DNA from: Squalus acanthias
Taxonomy: Eukaryota
Length of the DNA stretch: 64,000 nucleotides
Direction of reading: 5' to 3'
Assembly: GCA_030390025.1 (NCBI GenBank)
Contig: CM059432.1
Span: forward strand, 15,998,001 to 16,062,000
Part shown: positions 12,711 through 23,961 of the stretch, piece after piece
How positions within the stretch are numbered: position 1 is the stretch's first letter
Layout of the letters: each line of letters begins with the position of its first letter
Notes under the pieces: model-generated
What the model was told of the DNA's origin: nothing
Seen by the model: only the letters and a program-made list of their open reading frames with translations
Database searches by the model: none
Position numbers and translations under genes: made by a program

Positions 12711-13216
12711 GGCTGAGAAATTCGACTGGGCAGTGCCCGTTTTTCCAGACACCAGATGCCTCCAATATGGCGGGCAGGAAAGCACACATGCCCATTACAG
12801 GCCGAAAGCACGCCATATTGGTGTAGGCAAAAAAATTAGGCGTCCAGGGCTCATACCTGAAACAGGCCAAGGGGCTAATGGGCATCGGCAACCTTTTGGT
12901 AAATCAGCCAAGCCTGAAAAGGTTGGCGAAGCCCATTAGTCCCTTGGCATTTTCAAACAAGGGGCTGCTTGAAGCCCCCTCTGTGATATGGCGTTGCCCT
13001 GAATGCAGCCGGCACCTGAATGTGGAGCCGGGAGGAGCAAGGATGATCCTCCAGGCTCCACATTCAAACCACGCGGACCACTGCCAGCCACCGCTCAATG
13101 ATAATGAAGCCTGAGGCATAATATTACGTGCACCTTGGCCGTATCCATTTAGGCGTGTGGTTCATTTCCCGTTTCCTCTGCTTGCTCATTCTGGGACGTG
13201 CTCGAATTTCTAGGCC
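12711..13216. mobile_element. Harbinger-type MITE
   Basis: TIRs ggctgagaaattcga / tcgaatttctaggcc with 3-bp flanks ttt/tat; same terminus as 58821-59329. Confidence 0.7.
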
Positions 13217-13876
13217 TATTATTCTATTTCATGCAAATATTTTTTCCAATTATCTTTTGCATATTATACAATAACATCTTGCCTTTATATAATACCTATA
13301 CTGCAATAAACATCCCAAGGATCTTCATGGATGAGAATAGTTCCACGTCTAAATCAAAAAAGGCTAGTTGCTCACCAGTAGGATTTTTACAATTGGTCTC
13401 TGAATCTTTCAAATAAAATTGGAAAAATGTCAGCCAAATTTCTTGCTCCCGATTTCTAACTCCCTCTGGAAAAGTGTGCATTTATTGCTGTTGGTTCATG
13501 TTTGGCTGTGATGATATTCACTATTAACCAGCTTGCCTGTACTCCAGACTTGTATGAATAATGCTTACTTGGCCAAATTACCAAAAGGTTGCCAATGCCC
13601 ATTAAATCATACTACAGTCACTCAGGAAATGAGGAGAGAGAAAGAGAGAAGATTGGGAATAAAAAGAGAAAGAGCTGTTGTATTGATTTTGAATTCATTA
13701 TTTTCTTCTGCATTTTTGTCACTTGCCAAACCTCATTCAGTGGATAGAACAGGAAGTGAGCAGGTTAACCACTGCACTGACAGCCCACGCAACAGAAAAT
13801 GTAGAAACCAAACATGGCAAGTTGACAATTGCACAATACTAGTTACTCTTTTTTCAAGAATTTGAGGGCTTTTATG

Positions 13877-14325
13877 GAAAGAAAAAAAGACTTGCGCATT
13901 TCACAACCACCAGACGTCTCAAAGCGCTTTACAGCCAATGAAGTGGAGTCACTGTTGTAATGTGGGAAACGCAGCAGCCAATTTGCACACAGCAAGCTCC
14001 CACAAACAGCAATGTGATAATGACCAGATAATCTGTTTTTGTTATGTTGGTTGAGGGACAAGTATTGGCCAGGACACTGGGGATAACTCCCCTACTCTTC
14101 TTTGAAATAGTGCCATGGGATCGTTTACATCCACCCGAGAGAGCAGATGGGGCCTCGGTTTAACGTCTCATCTGAAAGACGGCATCTCCAACAGTGCAGC
14201 ACTCCCTCAGTACTGCACTGGAGTGTCAAGCTAGCTTTATGTGTTCAAGTCCCTGGAGTGGGATTTGAACCCACAACCTTCTGACTCAGAGGCGAGTGTG
14301 CTACCAACTGAGCCACAGCTGACAC
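13877..14325 (-). mobile_element. DeuSINE (SacSINE1-like), full length
   Basis: Starts gtgtcagctgtggctcagttggtagc on the minus strand; Deu-domain and tail present. Confidence 0.88.
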
Positions 14326-14507
14326 TGCAATCAGCCAGATGAGCTGCCATGATCTTTTCTGCCTCTGTACATTCTATGTTCCTATGCCATTCAGCTGTTC
14401 TATGGGATGTTCAGGTGGTGTGGGGAGGGGGATTAATCTCCAAAATGGGAGATCTAGACACTTTGCTCTCAGGTCAGTGAAGCTGTTTTGATTCTGTACT
14501 ATGGGTA

Positions 14508-14960
14508 CGGCAGTGTAATGGTCATGGTACTACACTAGCTACCTGGACATTGCAAGTTCAAATGCCACCATGGCAACTTGTGAAATTGAACTTCATAAAT
14601 CTTGTAATTTTATGAGCTAGTACCAGATAAATAACAATGAAAGCGGCCAGGTTGACATAAAAAAAAAACTGACTCACTAATGTCCTTCAGGAAAAGAGCT
14701 CGCCATCCCTACCCAGTCTGATCCGCTGAAATGGCCAAGCAAGCCACTGAGTTGTGGACGTCGCAAGGTAGGCCCACCAAGGGTGGGGGCCAATGTTCCC
14801 TTTAAGTTGCGTGGCCGCACAGCCGTCTGGAGGTCCCGTGCAGCCGGCTCACTGGCCTTTGAATGGAAAAACCGCACATGCACAGAAATTTGAATGGGCC
14901 ACGCACCCAAAAAAAAAGTTAAAGGGAACATTGGTGGGGGCACAATAATAGACAGTCTGG
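14508..14960 (+). mobile_element. SINE family B, degenerate, interrupted by a hAT MITE
   Basis: Similar to 49012-49408 (gttcaaat B-box, cactaatgtccttcaggaa, ctgaaatggccaagcaagccact). Confidence 0.65.
14791..14933. mobile_element. hAT-type MITE (143 bp)
   Basis: Perfect 15-bp TIR caatgttccctttaa / ttaaagggaacattg and perfect 8-bp TSD gtgggggc (14783-14790, 14934-14941). Confidence 0.88.
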
Positions 14961-14989
14961 TGGAGTGACCCTGGGACTCCCCAATATTG

Positions 14990-15420
14990 ACTCCAGATCC
15001 TGAGAAGTCTCATGACTTCAGGTCAATTTGTCAAAGGAGGTCAAGGAAACCTCCTGATCACCATCTACCACCCCCTCAACAGACATCAATACTCCTCCAT
15101 GTTGAACATCAGCTTGAGAAAACTCTAATAGAATCAAGGCCAGAGAGTGTACTCTGGGTGGGGTCTTCAATGTCCCAAGTTCTGGAGCAGATACCTTCCA
15201 AAGAGAGCTTACATAGGTTGCAAGTGAATCAACACAAGGAAATTATCTACTTAACCCCATCCTCACCTACCTACCTTGTCACAGTCATGTCTTTCCACGC
15301 TAGTATTGGTAGGAGTGACCTACCTATAACAAGACAAAGCCTTGTCTCCACAATGAAGACATCCTCTACCATATGGTGTGCTAAGTGGGACATGATATTT
15401 GAAATATTCTTCCATTGTTG
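14990..15420 (+). mobile_element. Degenerate LINE endonuclease-region fragment
   Basis: ORF 14987-15451 contains SILLHVEHQLEKTL...SVLWVG..., resembling the APE domain of CR1-group LINEs. Confidence 0.55.
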
Positions 15421-15946
15421 TCTTATTTACTGTGCCTTCACCTCACCCTAATAATGGCGTAGTGTTAGAAGGTCAATCTGTGGTGGAGATGTGTTACAGA
15501 CACACCCAGCTATGCGCAGAAGGATCAAAAGAGCCTCATCGCTCTTTAATGACCTGCCACACTAAACTCCAAATCTACTGTTGTGCACCGAGGTGAGCCC
15601 AAAACCTGAAAGCTGAACGCACCCAATGAATTGTGTCAATTAATATCTTCACGCACTGTCGACTAAATAATGGAATTCATGTCTTATCGCTAGATTTCAT
15701 TTCTTCCGTCTTTCCTTTTTATGATCTTCTTATTCCATTCTCCAGTTTATCACAATTTTCCTCTTTCTTTTCAATTAAACTTCAAACCGTCCTTTACTAA
15801 GCTGTTCTATGCAGTTTTTCTTTACTTTTTATTTTTGAATCTCAAAGCAATAACTACAACTTGCAAGGGAGATATTCAACCCAAGCAAACAAAGAAACTG
15901 CAAGAAATTAAAAATAAATGAGAGGAACATCACATAATATGCAGCC

Positions 15947-16377
15947 AGGTTGATTTTAACCCTCCTTGCTCAGCAGAAGCCTGGCGGGTGGGCGGTTAAA
16001 ATCGCCCTGGCTCTCACCTGTCCGAAAGCCGCCATGATCGCTACATCTGCAATTTTAACCCGCTCTCCTGAGCAGGCAGCAAGGACACGTGCCCGGAGCC
16101 AACAGGGTCCTTCTTTACATATGAATGGTGCGGTCCAATGACATCATTGAGACCGGACTGTAATTTTAAACTCAGGCCTGAGCGGGGATTCCATCTCGAG
16201 TTAAAATCGGGGCATTGCAACAGCACTAAACCCAAAACAGGTGTGGTTGGGACCGGCAAATAACGCAATGTGCCCCAGGGAAAGTCTGGCAAAATTTTCA
16301 TGGCAGCAAGTGGGGACATGTATTTGGGACAGACAGCTGGATGCTCACCGGTCAAAAGGCTGAGAAAATTGGGCCAG
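15947..16377. mobile_element. Harbinger-like non-autonomous element
   Basis: Repeated gattttaac/gttaaaatc subterminal motifs, GC-rich, ends gaaaattgggcc. Confidence 0.5.
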
Positions 16378-16733
16378 CAATAATATGAGGAGGTGAAGCG
16401 ACAGGTGCCGCGGGGTCAGAGTTGGGCTAAGGGAGAATCAATTTAGCCTGAAAGAGTCAATGGGATTGCTTAATTCTATCCGATTTGACCAACCTTCCAT
16501 AGCTGCTTTTTCTATACTAAGCTAAATGGCATTTCCAGCCGTCTCTAGAGAGTTCCTGAACACGATATCTCGGTGAGGAGGGCGGTAATTCTTTCATTTT
16601 TGCTGATACTCAAAAAGTAATTTTTGGTAGAATACTGGAGGAGAAGGGCCATTACAGCGTTGTATGTTGAAGAGGCCCTTTATACTGAATTAGATTGAAA
16701 AAAGGAATCGAGTTTGTCTGTGCTGAAATCATA

Positions 16734-17181
16734 GAAAGAAAAAGAAAAAGCACTTGCATTTATATAGCACCTTTCACGGCCAAAGTGCTTTACAGCCAAT
16801 GAAGTACTTTTGAATTGTAGTCACTGTTGTAATGTAGGAACGCGGCAGCAAGCTCCCACAAACAGCAATGTGATAATGACCAGATAATCTGTTTTTTTAG
16901 TGATGTTGATTGAGGGATAAATATTGGCCAGGACACCGGGAGAATTCACCTGCTCTTCTTCGAAATAGTGCCATGAGATCTTTTACATCCACCTGCGAGA
17001 ACAGACTGGGCCTCTGTTTAACGTCTCATCCGAAAGACGGCACCTCCAACAGTGCAGCACTCCCTCAGCACTGCGCTGGAGTGTCAGCCTAGATTTTTGT
17101 GCTCAAGTCTCTGGAGTGGGACTTGAACCCACAACCTTCTGACTCAGGAAAGAGTGCTACCCACCTGAGACACAGCTGACA
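16734..17181 (-). mobile_element. DeuSINE (SacSINE1-like), full length
   Basis: Same family; head, Deu-domain and tail all present. Confidence 0.88.
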
Positions 17182-18293
17182 TGATGGAATCGTTATCTTT
17201 ATTTTTAAAATACACCGAAATGAACGCAGCATTAAAAGCCACAAATACACCGAGAAAAAGTAACGAGGTAGAGAAACACAAGGAAAATGGAAAATTAAGC
17301 CAGACAGAAGGAATACAGAAAGAAAATGAAGGGGAAAAAACATAAGCTTACAGAAGAAAAAGAAAAGAAGCCAAGGGAAAAAAAGGAAGTCATTAACAAA
17401 ACACAATTAAATAAACCAAAAGAGAAAGAGAAAGGGAAATGATAAGCAACATATTAAAGTCCAAACTTACTAAATGGTTCCAAATGTAGCTTTAAAACAT
17501 TACTTACAGGTTTAGACAGATTAGCTAATAACATATTCACATTGCCATTTATCAATACCACATGTTGCAGCAATTATAGAAAAGGCAACCCATTTCACTG
17601 CAATAAGCAATACAACTTTACTGCAATAATATGACACTCACAGTGCTTGGGTCCTGATCAGGGTACAGATGGATGCTCACTACTGGTTCAATTTCACACT
17701 TACACTCCATCATGACCAGAGTGTCCGCCAGGCATTTTGGCAGTGCAGAACCTGTGCTATGCTACGCAATTCAACAGTGAACTGGCTAATGAAGTCTATC
17801 TAATCAGCTTATAAAGCTCTTGTTTCCTTTCTATTTTAGTTAAGTCCAGTACCGTGTAAATATATTTGCATACTCACTCTGAATAAGGAAGCATTTTTTG
17901 TGTCTCGCAAGGTTGGCAACACAACGCAAACCGCATCTCATTATGATCCTTGAATGACATGCTTCTCAAAAATGACCCTTGCTTGTTTGTTATACAGTAT
18001 CTCCAAATTGAAGAGAAGCTATTGTGAGTGGAAGCCTGAAGTTAGATTTAGTACATCAAAAATACTTGTGAACGTGTAGATGGTGATCAGTTAGTTGAGC
18101 TATGCGCGCAAGCTAGGAAAATAGATGCAAAGTCCCCAGCAACCAAAGGCATCACAACACACATCCCCATGACTGGTGATTAGCACAGCGTATTTCACTA
18201 GTGAGGCGTTGAGATGTTTATTTTATAATGACAAAACTCAGTGACTTAAACAGTTTGACTCCCAACTGAGGGCCACATATTACAGTTCCAGAA

Positions 18294-18431
18294 ATAAAAA
18301 CAGAAAATACTCAGCAGGTCAGGCAGCATCTGTGGAGCGAGAAACAGAGTTAACGTTTCAGGTCGATGACCCTTCCACAGCATTTTCTGTTTTTATTTCA
18401 GATTTTCAGCATCCGCAGTATTTTGCTTTTG
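18294..18431. mobile_element. Penelope-like element remnant (inverted pseudo-LTR pieces) with 16-bp TSD
   Basis: ataaaaacagaaaat... and ...attttctgtttttatttcag are inverted copies, flanked by the direct repeat tattacagttccagaa (18278-18293, 18432-18447). Confidence 0.75.
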
Positions 18432-19446
18432 TATTACAGTTCCAGAACTGCCCGTCAGTTGGGCTTGCCACCTTTTCCCTGAATATCACTGGGATTCACA
18501 TGTCTCCATTGCTCTATTTGCCCCCACCCCCACCCATATTGCCTTGCTTGCTATACAACCCAATAGCAAACTAACTAATGGAGTCTTTCTGGTCAGCTTA
18601 TAAAGCTCCTATAGTTGCTCATCATCTGGCTGTCACTCAAGCACAGTTGCCCTCCATCACTCTGCCTATCATTTCACCTCAGATTTCACCAGGGCTGCCT
18701 AGCTGGAGCACCAAAATGTTTTATTTCCTAGAAGGGGGGAAAAACTATAACAATTCAGACTCATCTGACTCATAACAGCTCATGTCAGGTGTTCAGAAAG
18801 TGACAACTGATATTTGCCATGGAATGGTCTACAGCCCAGGTGATCTCAGTCGTCCCACTGAACTAATTACCATCTACTAGAGGAAAAAGAGAGGGAAACA
18901 GAATTATTTGATTAATTATTTTACTGGTGCCTGGAAGGCATTCATAATTTATGCATCCAGCTATATCACATGTTAAGTTATCAGGAGAGCTGTCATTACT
19001 GAGGGGGGAGGGGTTATACATTGGATGCACCTCAGCTGTTTTTTAGCAGTGAGGTGTGGTTATGGAGTAACTGAGCAGGTTAAGGGAAAGCCGAAGGACT
19101 ATTTTCATGTTGACATCTGGGTACAGTTATATGGGTTTCATGGGTACAGATTATTTGCCATCTCAGTCAGACTAGCTACCTTCCCTGTGTGGGGGAAGGA
19201 AGCTAGATATTCTAGTGCTTGCCAATATCAGGTGAAGCCCGTTCATTACCAATGACATTGAATTTACAGAACAGAAACAGGCCATTCAGCCCAACTAGTC
19301 TGTGCCGGCGTTTATGCTCCACACGAGCCTCCTTCCAACCTACTTCATCTAACCCTATCAGCATAACCTTATATTCCTTTCTCCCTCATATTCTTATCAC
19401 CTTAAATGCATCTATGCTATTCGCCTCAACTACTCTTCGTGGTAAA

Positions 19447-19700
19447 AAAGGAAAATACTGCAGATGCTGGAAATCTGAAATAAAAACAGAAAATGCTGGA
19501 GATACTCAGCAGGTCAGGCAGCATCTGTGAAGAGAGAAACAGAGTTAACGTTTCAGGTCGATGACCTTTCGTCAGAACTGGAAAAAAGCAGGAAATGTAA
19601 CAGATTTTTAAGCAAGTGTAGGAGCTGGGAAAGGGGGGAGGGGATGAAAGAACAAAAGGGAAGGTCTGTGATAGGATAGAAGGCAGGAGAGGTTAAGAGA
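19447..19700 (-). mobile_element. Penelope-like pseudo-LTR fragment nested in a CR1 3' tail (about 19265-19720)
   Basis: Same family as 27995-28345 and 46795-47100; contains a hammerhead core. Confidence 0.75.
19543..19579 (-). ncRNA. Minimal type I hammerhead ribozyme motif (Penelope-associated)
   Basis: Minus strand AGUU-CUGACGA-a-AGGUC-auc-GACCU-GAAA-CG-UU-AACU: core boxes, stem II and short stem I present, with palindromic AACGUU at stem III. Confidence 0.7.
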
Positions 19701-20825
19701 TATGTCACACATTCTCCATCACATTGAGCCGTGGAGTCTCGGATCCACTCAGAAACCTAAAAGAAAACTATCTTCCATCAAGTGTGAAAGATCTGTATCA
19801 TAAAAGCATATCGAGTGATTTCTAAATAAATTTGCCATGAGTTGAAAAAATATCTATAATAATATTCAGCTTTAAAAAAAAAAATCCCAATTTCTTTTCA
19901 TCTCTGCTAAAAGTAAGATGTCCAATTTTCCTAGGCCCCATCTGCCCAGGCACCAGCCAGGGCACCTGAAATGTACTACACGTGCCCAGCCCTGGAATTT
20001 CTCCTGTTTTCTGTCCTGGGATATTTAAATGGCCCAGCAGCAGGCCCTAGTGCGGGTTTGGTCCTTGGCAGAGTTAGAGATCAACACCCAGAAGGTTCCA
20101 AATTAAACTGAAGATCCTGGAGGGCCTGGTACCCCTCAGACCCTCCAGTCAGTGGGGGGTTTGGGGGCTGGCCACAGCATCGGATTTTTCTGAGAACCCC
20201 TATACTTGGACAGGCAGAAAGTGGAATGGAAGGGAAAAGAGGCGAGAGACTGGGAACGTGCCCCCACCTCGCTTAGCTGGTTTTATCCGGCCTGTTCCTT
20301 CTGCAGCTCCTGGCCGGGCTCTTGCCTCGCAGGAGAACCCCAGGAATCCAAGGGCAGTCGGTGCCTGGCGATCTGTATCTCCACCCTCTTCACTGACCTT
20401 TGCGCCCGGGGAATACTCAGTTCCCCGGCAACAAGGGCCGGGCGAGGCAGTCCTCCTGACGCCAGTGTACGTACTGCAAGAGGATTTCCTCACCTTGTAT
20501 CGTCTCATACACCTGCGCCTCTGAAATGGATGAGCCCAAGACTGTAAGGCGGTGGCTGCAATAAGGACTATTTCAACAATAATCTCAGAAAATGAAACGG
20601 ATTCAGCCACCAATAACTTAAGATTAAAAAAGAAAATGCCGTAAATGTGTAACAGATCAATCAGCATTTGAAAAAGAGAGGTTGGTGTCCCCACTGTGAC
20701 CCTTCACCAGTTCTGATGAATGTTCTCACTTGAAACATCAACTTATCTCCTGTTCATATACTGTACATTTCCAGCATTTTCTATTTTCATTTATCCATCA
20801 TTCCATTTTTTTTTAAATCTCACTT

Positions 20826-21338
20826 TAAAAAAAAAAATTCATTCCTGGGATGTGGGCGTCGCTGGCAGGGCCAGCATTTATTGCCCATCCCTAATTGTCC
20901 TCGAGAAGGTGGTGGTGAGCCGCCTTCTTGAACTGCTGCAGTCCGTGTGGTGAAGGTACTCCCACAGTGCTAACTTTGTTGCAGCGGCTTGCTGGGCCAT
21001 TTAAGTTGAGAGTCAACCACATTGCTGTGGGTCTGGAGTCACATATGGGCCAGACCGGGTAAGGACAACAGATTTCCTTCCCTAAAAGGACATTAGTGAA
21101 CCAGTTGGGTTTTTCTGACAATCCGGTCATTTCATAGTCACCATTACTGATACTAGCTTTTTATTCCAGATTTATTTAATTAATTGATCATTAGTCCATT
21201 ATTGATACTAGCTCTTTAATTCCAGATTTTTTATATAATTAACTGAATTTAATTACCCCCGTGGTGGGATTTGAACTCACATCTCTGGCCTCTGGATTAC
21301 TAGGCCAGTAACATAACCACTATGCTACCGTACTTGCC
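20826..21338 (-). mobile_element. SINE family B (tRNA head, LINE-B tail)
   Basis: Reverse complement of the 49012-49408 family. Confidence 0.8.
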
Positions 21339-22035
21339 TGGTGGTTATAACTCTTAGTACTAATTTTTCCTCTTTTAAACTGTTAACAAATCTTAATTTA
21401 AAATTATTTTAGTCCCGTAGTCACTGTTGGTTATTTCTCTGTGAAGCTGCACTGATGGTATCAGACAACCTTAATCCCTTTCTGTAGGTGTCACACCGCA
21501 CTGCTTGCACTGGTCCTTTCACCACGAGAAGCAACAAAGGATTAAACTGTGGCATCATAAAAACTCTAGCCTCTATAAATAATCATATGGTCCATTAACC
21601 ATATATTATAATCACTATTATTGACAAGGAAAAACCTATTTTTAATTCACCAATAAAAAAAAACCATGAAAAAAATCAGGTGCTCCCTTATTTTATGTAG
21701 TTTCCACTCAGGGGCCCATCGCCGACAACAGAAAGTCAAAAGATAGTCCAGCATTTTATTGGAGTGGGTCAGTGATTGCTCGTCTTGCGATCATCATATC
21801 TGCAGTCAGATTGACAGGGTAATTAGACTAAAGAGCTAATGGGTTAAAAAGTAAAACTCGTTTAGATAAATACATTCTTTTTTTTAAATTTCTATTTTTA
21901 TTTTTTATACAACTTGCGTGGAAGTTGCTGTCCACCGTGTCCTGTCCTCGGGTCGTGAGATGTCCTGAACAGCAGATATTTATACGATCGGTCAGGAGTC
22001 AGGTAGTGGGAGTGTTTGTGGTAGAACAAACTTAC

Positions 22036-22106
22036 AATAGTAGCTTTTTCTTTTCCTCCCCCTTGGATGGAATGTCCGGTCACAGGAAGCTCTCCATCTA
22101 AAGCAC
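22036..22106 (-). CDS. Possible additional ARHGAP28 linker exon (71 bp, phase 1 to 0), unconfirmed
   Basis: cccttggcctag|GTGCTTTAGAT...ACTATT|gtaagt with open frame ALDGELPVTGHSIQGGGKEKATI. It needs an unidentified phase 0 to 1 exon upstream, and I recognise no homology. Confidence 0.3.
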
Positions 22107-22769
22107 CTAGGCCAAGGGCTAACAACATTTATTCCCAGCAGGAATAAGTGGAATCAGGGACAAGGGCAACACTGGAGCTGGCAGAGCGGTGAAGAGGAGC
22201 TGGAATTTTCCAACGGGTGTTATTTTAATGCTTGTGGTATCCCTGCTCTAGTTCTTCTGCTGGTAGACCGGTTTCAGTCTGGATACATTGCCGTTATGAA
22301 TAGGAGTTGTTTTCTCACAGACAGGTACTTGTCGGAGAGATTACAGACAACCTCCCTCCTCGCTTCCCCCCCCCCCCCCCCCCCCCCCCACCCCCCATCT
22401 CTGTTGAAGATAGTGACTTACGTGGCATTACGAGTATCAGCAGCCCTCCGATATCTAACCCAAGCACAATCCTAGGGAATGAGCCTTGCCGGGGCAATTC
22501 TGTCCTTTCCTGACATTCATCTGTCAGGAAGAATCACCGGATAATCGGAGTCGAGAACCCTGGCTGGTTTTTTCAAAAACATTGAGCCCAATTGCAATGC
22601 TTTACACCGTTATCCTGCTTGAAACCAGCTAACTCCGCACAGGGCTGGAATTGGACCTTGGGCCTTTGTGGTGTGCATGACCCATTACCACACCACGCAT
22701 TTACCCAATCAGTTAACCAGTAACTCAGTTAAACATTGGGAAAGCCGAAGCCGTTATCTGCGGTCCCTG

Positions 22770-22930
22770 CTAAAAAAAACTCAGACTTCTTTGATCAAAT
22801 CTTTTGGTCACCCCTCCTAAAAGCTCCGTCTTTGGTTCAGTGTTCCTTTATTTCTGATTGCGCCTCTGTGTAGTATCTTGGAATGTTTTTCTATGTTAAA
22901 GGAGGTCTATAAAAGCACAGTGTTATTGTT
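22770..22930 (+). mobile_element. L2-type LINE 3' end (degenerate)
   Basis: ctttgatcaaatcttttggtcacccc...gttaaaggaggtctataaaagcac..gttattgtt; a related piece lies at about 500-630. Confidence 0.55.
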
Positions 22931-23820
22931 GGTGTCAATCACCCAAAGCAGTGGAAGAGCCCCCTCCAGATCTCTTGCACTGCATTTGTTTTTATGCATC
23001 TCTGCAGTTTATTATTTCAATTGAAAACTGCTATATGAAGGTCCTCCACTCTTCAGTCTGCAGCAAGTTAACAGACCTGCCAAAAATATAACACAGAAAT
23101 AGTTTAATTTGAACCACAAGTCCTCCAACTAGTTAGATCTTCATAAAACAAAAATAATAGGACCATATGTTCAGGCCAGGCACAGATTAATCACATAGTT
23201 TACTGAGTTCCATTGGGCAGCCAAGTTCGGAGTCATTGAATACCATATGCTAGTCAGTACTTATAATACGAAAGGCTCTCTCTCACTCCAAGAACATTTT
23301 AGTGCTTAATTTGAACGATTGCTGGGAAATGTTTTCAATTATGTTTTAGCAGATTAATCTGTCATTGGAATTGGTTTTAATTTAGGGTTGCAGATTAGCA
23401 ACATTATAGCCTCAAAATTGCTTTCAGCATAAAGCTTAATGCTGGTAGCAATTGTGCAATCGTAGCCAACAATATCAGGAATAGTGCTTGTTGCTGCAGT
23501 TTCACTGCTGAATGAAACCTATGAAGTCTGAGAGCTAAGATGCTCAATTCTTGTGTTAGGATAATTAAGCCAGCTGAATGGGCATTGCGAAGAGAAATAG
23601 GCCGTTTTGCACAGATGCAGTCATAAAGATCAGCTAGTTCAGTATTCCCTTTTTGCTTTCTAAGCTTATGCACTCTATAGAGATGATGTTAATTGCCCTG
23701 CCTGCGCTGGGCTTGGCAGAGGAGGACAAGTGAGAGCAGGGAAAGGGCTACCCAAGAGGTTAAGCAAGTAGTATATGTGATACACTGCCAAGCCTTCCCC
23801 TCTGCTGTACATTCTGCTGA

Positions 23821-23856
23821 AAGTCATCCTCGGTTCCGAGGGACTGCCTAAGAAGA
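23821..23856 (+). mobile_element. 36-bp extreme 3' end of an RTE-type element with 12-bp TSD
   Basis: gtcatcctcggttccgagggactgcctaagaaga is identical to the 3' end of 40468-40937; TSD acattctgctga at 23809-23820 and 23857-23868. Confidence 0.8.
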
Positions 23857-23961
23857 ACATTCTGCTGAGATTGAGCAGAAAGGCACTGATAAATCTGTAC
23901 CATCTCCTCATGACCACCTCTGTCCAACATGTCACGTTCATGCAGCACTATCGGTAGAAAC

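Noticed and set aside
13376..13465. Exon-like segment cttttccag|...CTG|gtgagc
   Set aside because: The only open frame I found is phase 1 to 1, incompatible with the downstream phase-0 exon at 12614; no homology.
20494..20520. 27-nt micro-exon-like segment with good splice sites
   Set aside because: Lies in or next to a GC-rich transposon-like remnant, has no homology support, and such sites arise by chance.
22366..22396. Long poly-C tracts (also about 3688, 12077, 61445) as a strand-specific G4 system
   Set aside because: Poly-G tracts occur comparably on the + strand, so there is no bias; common in this kind of genome.
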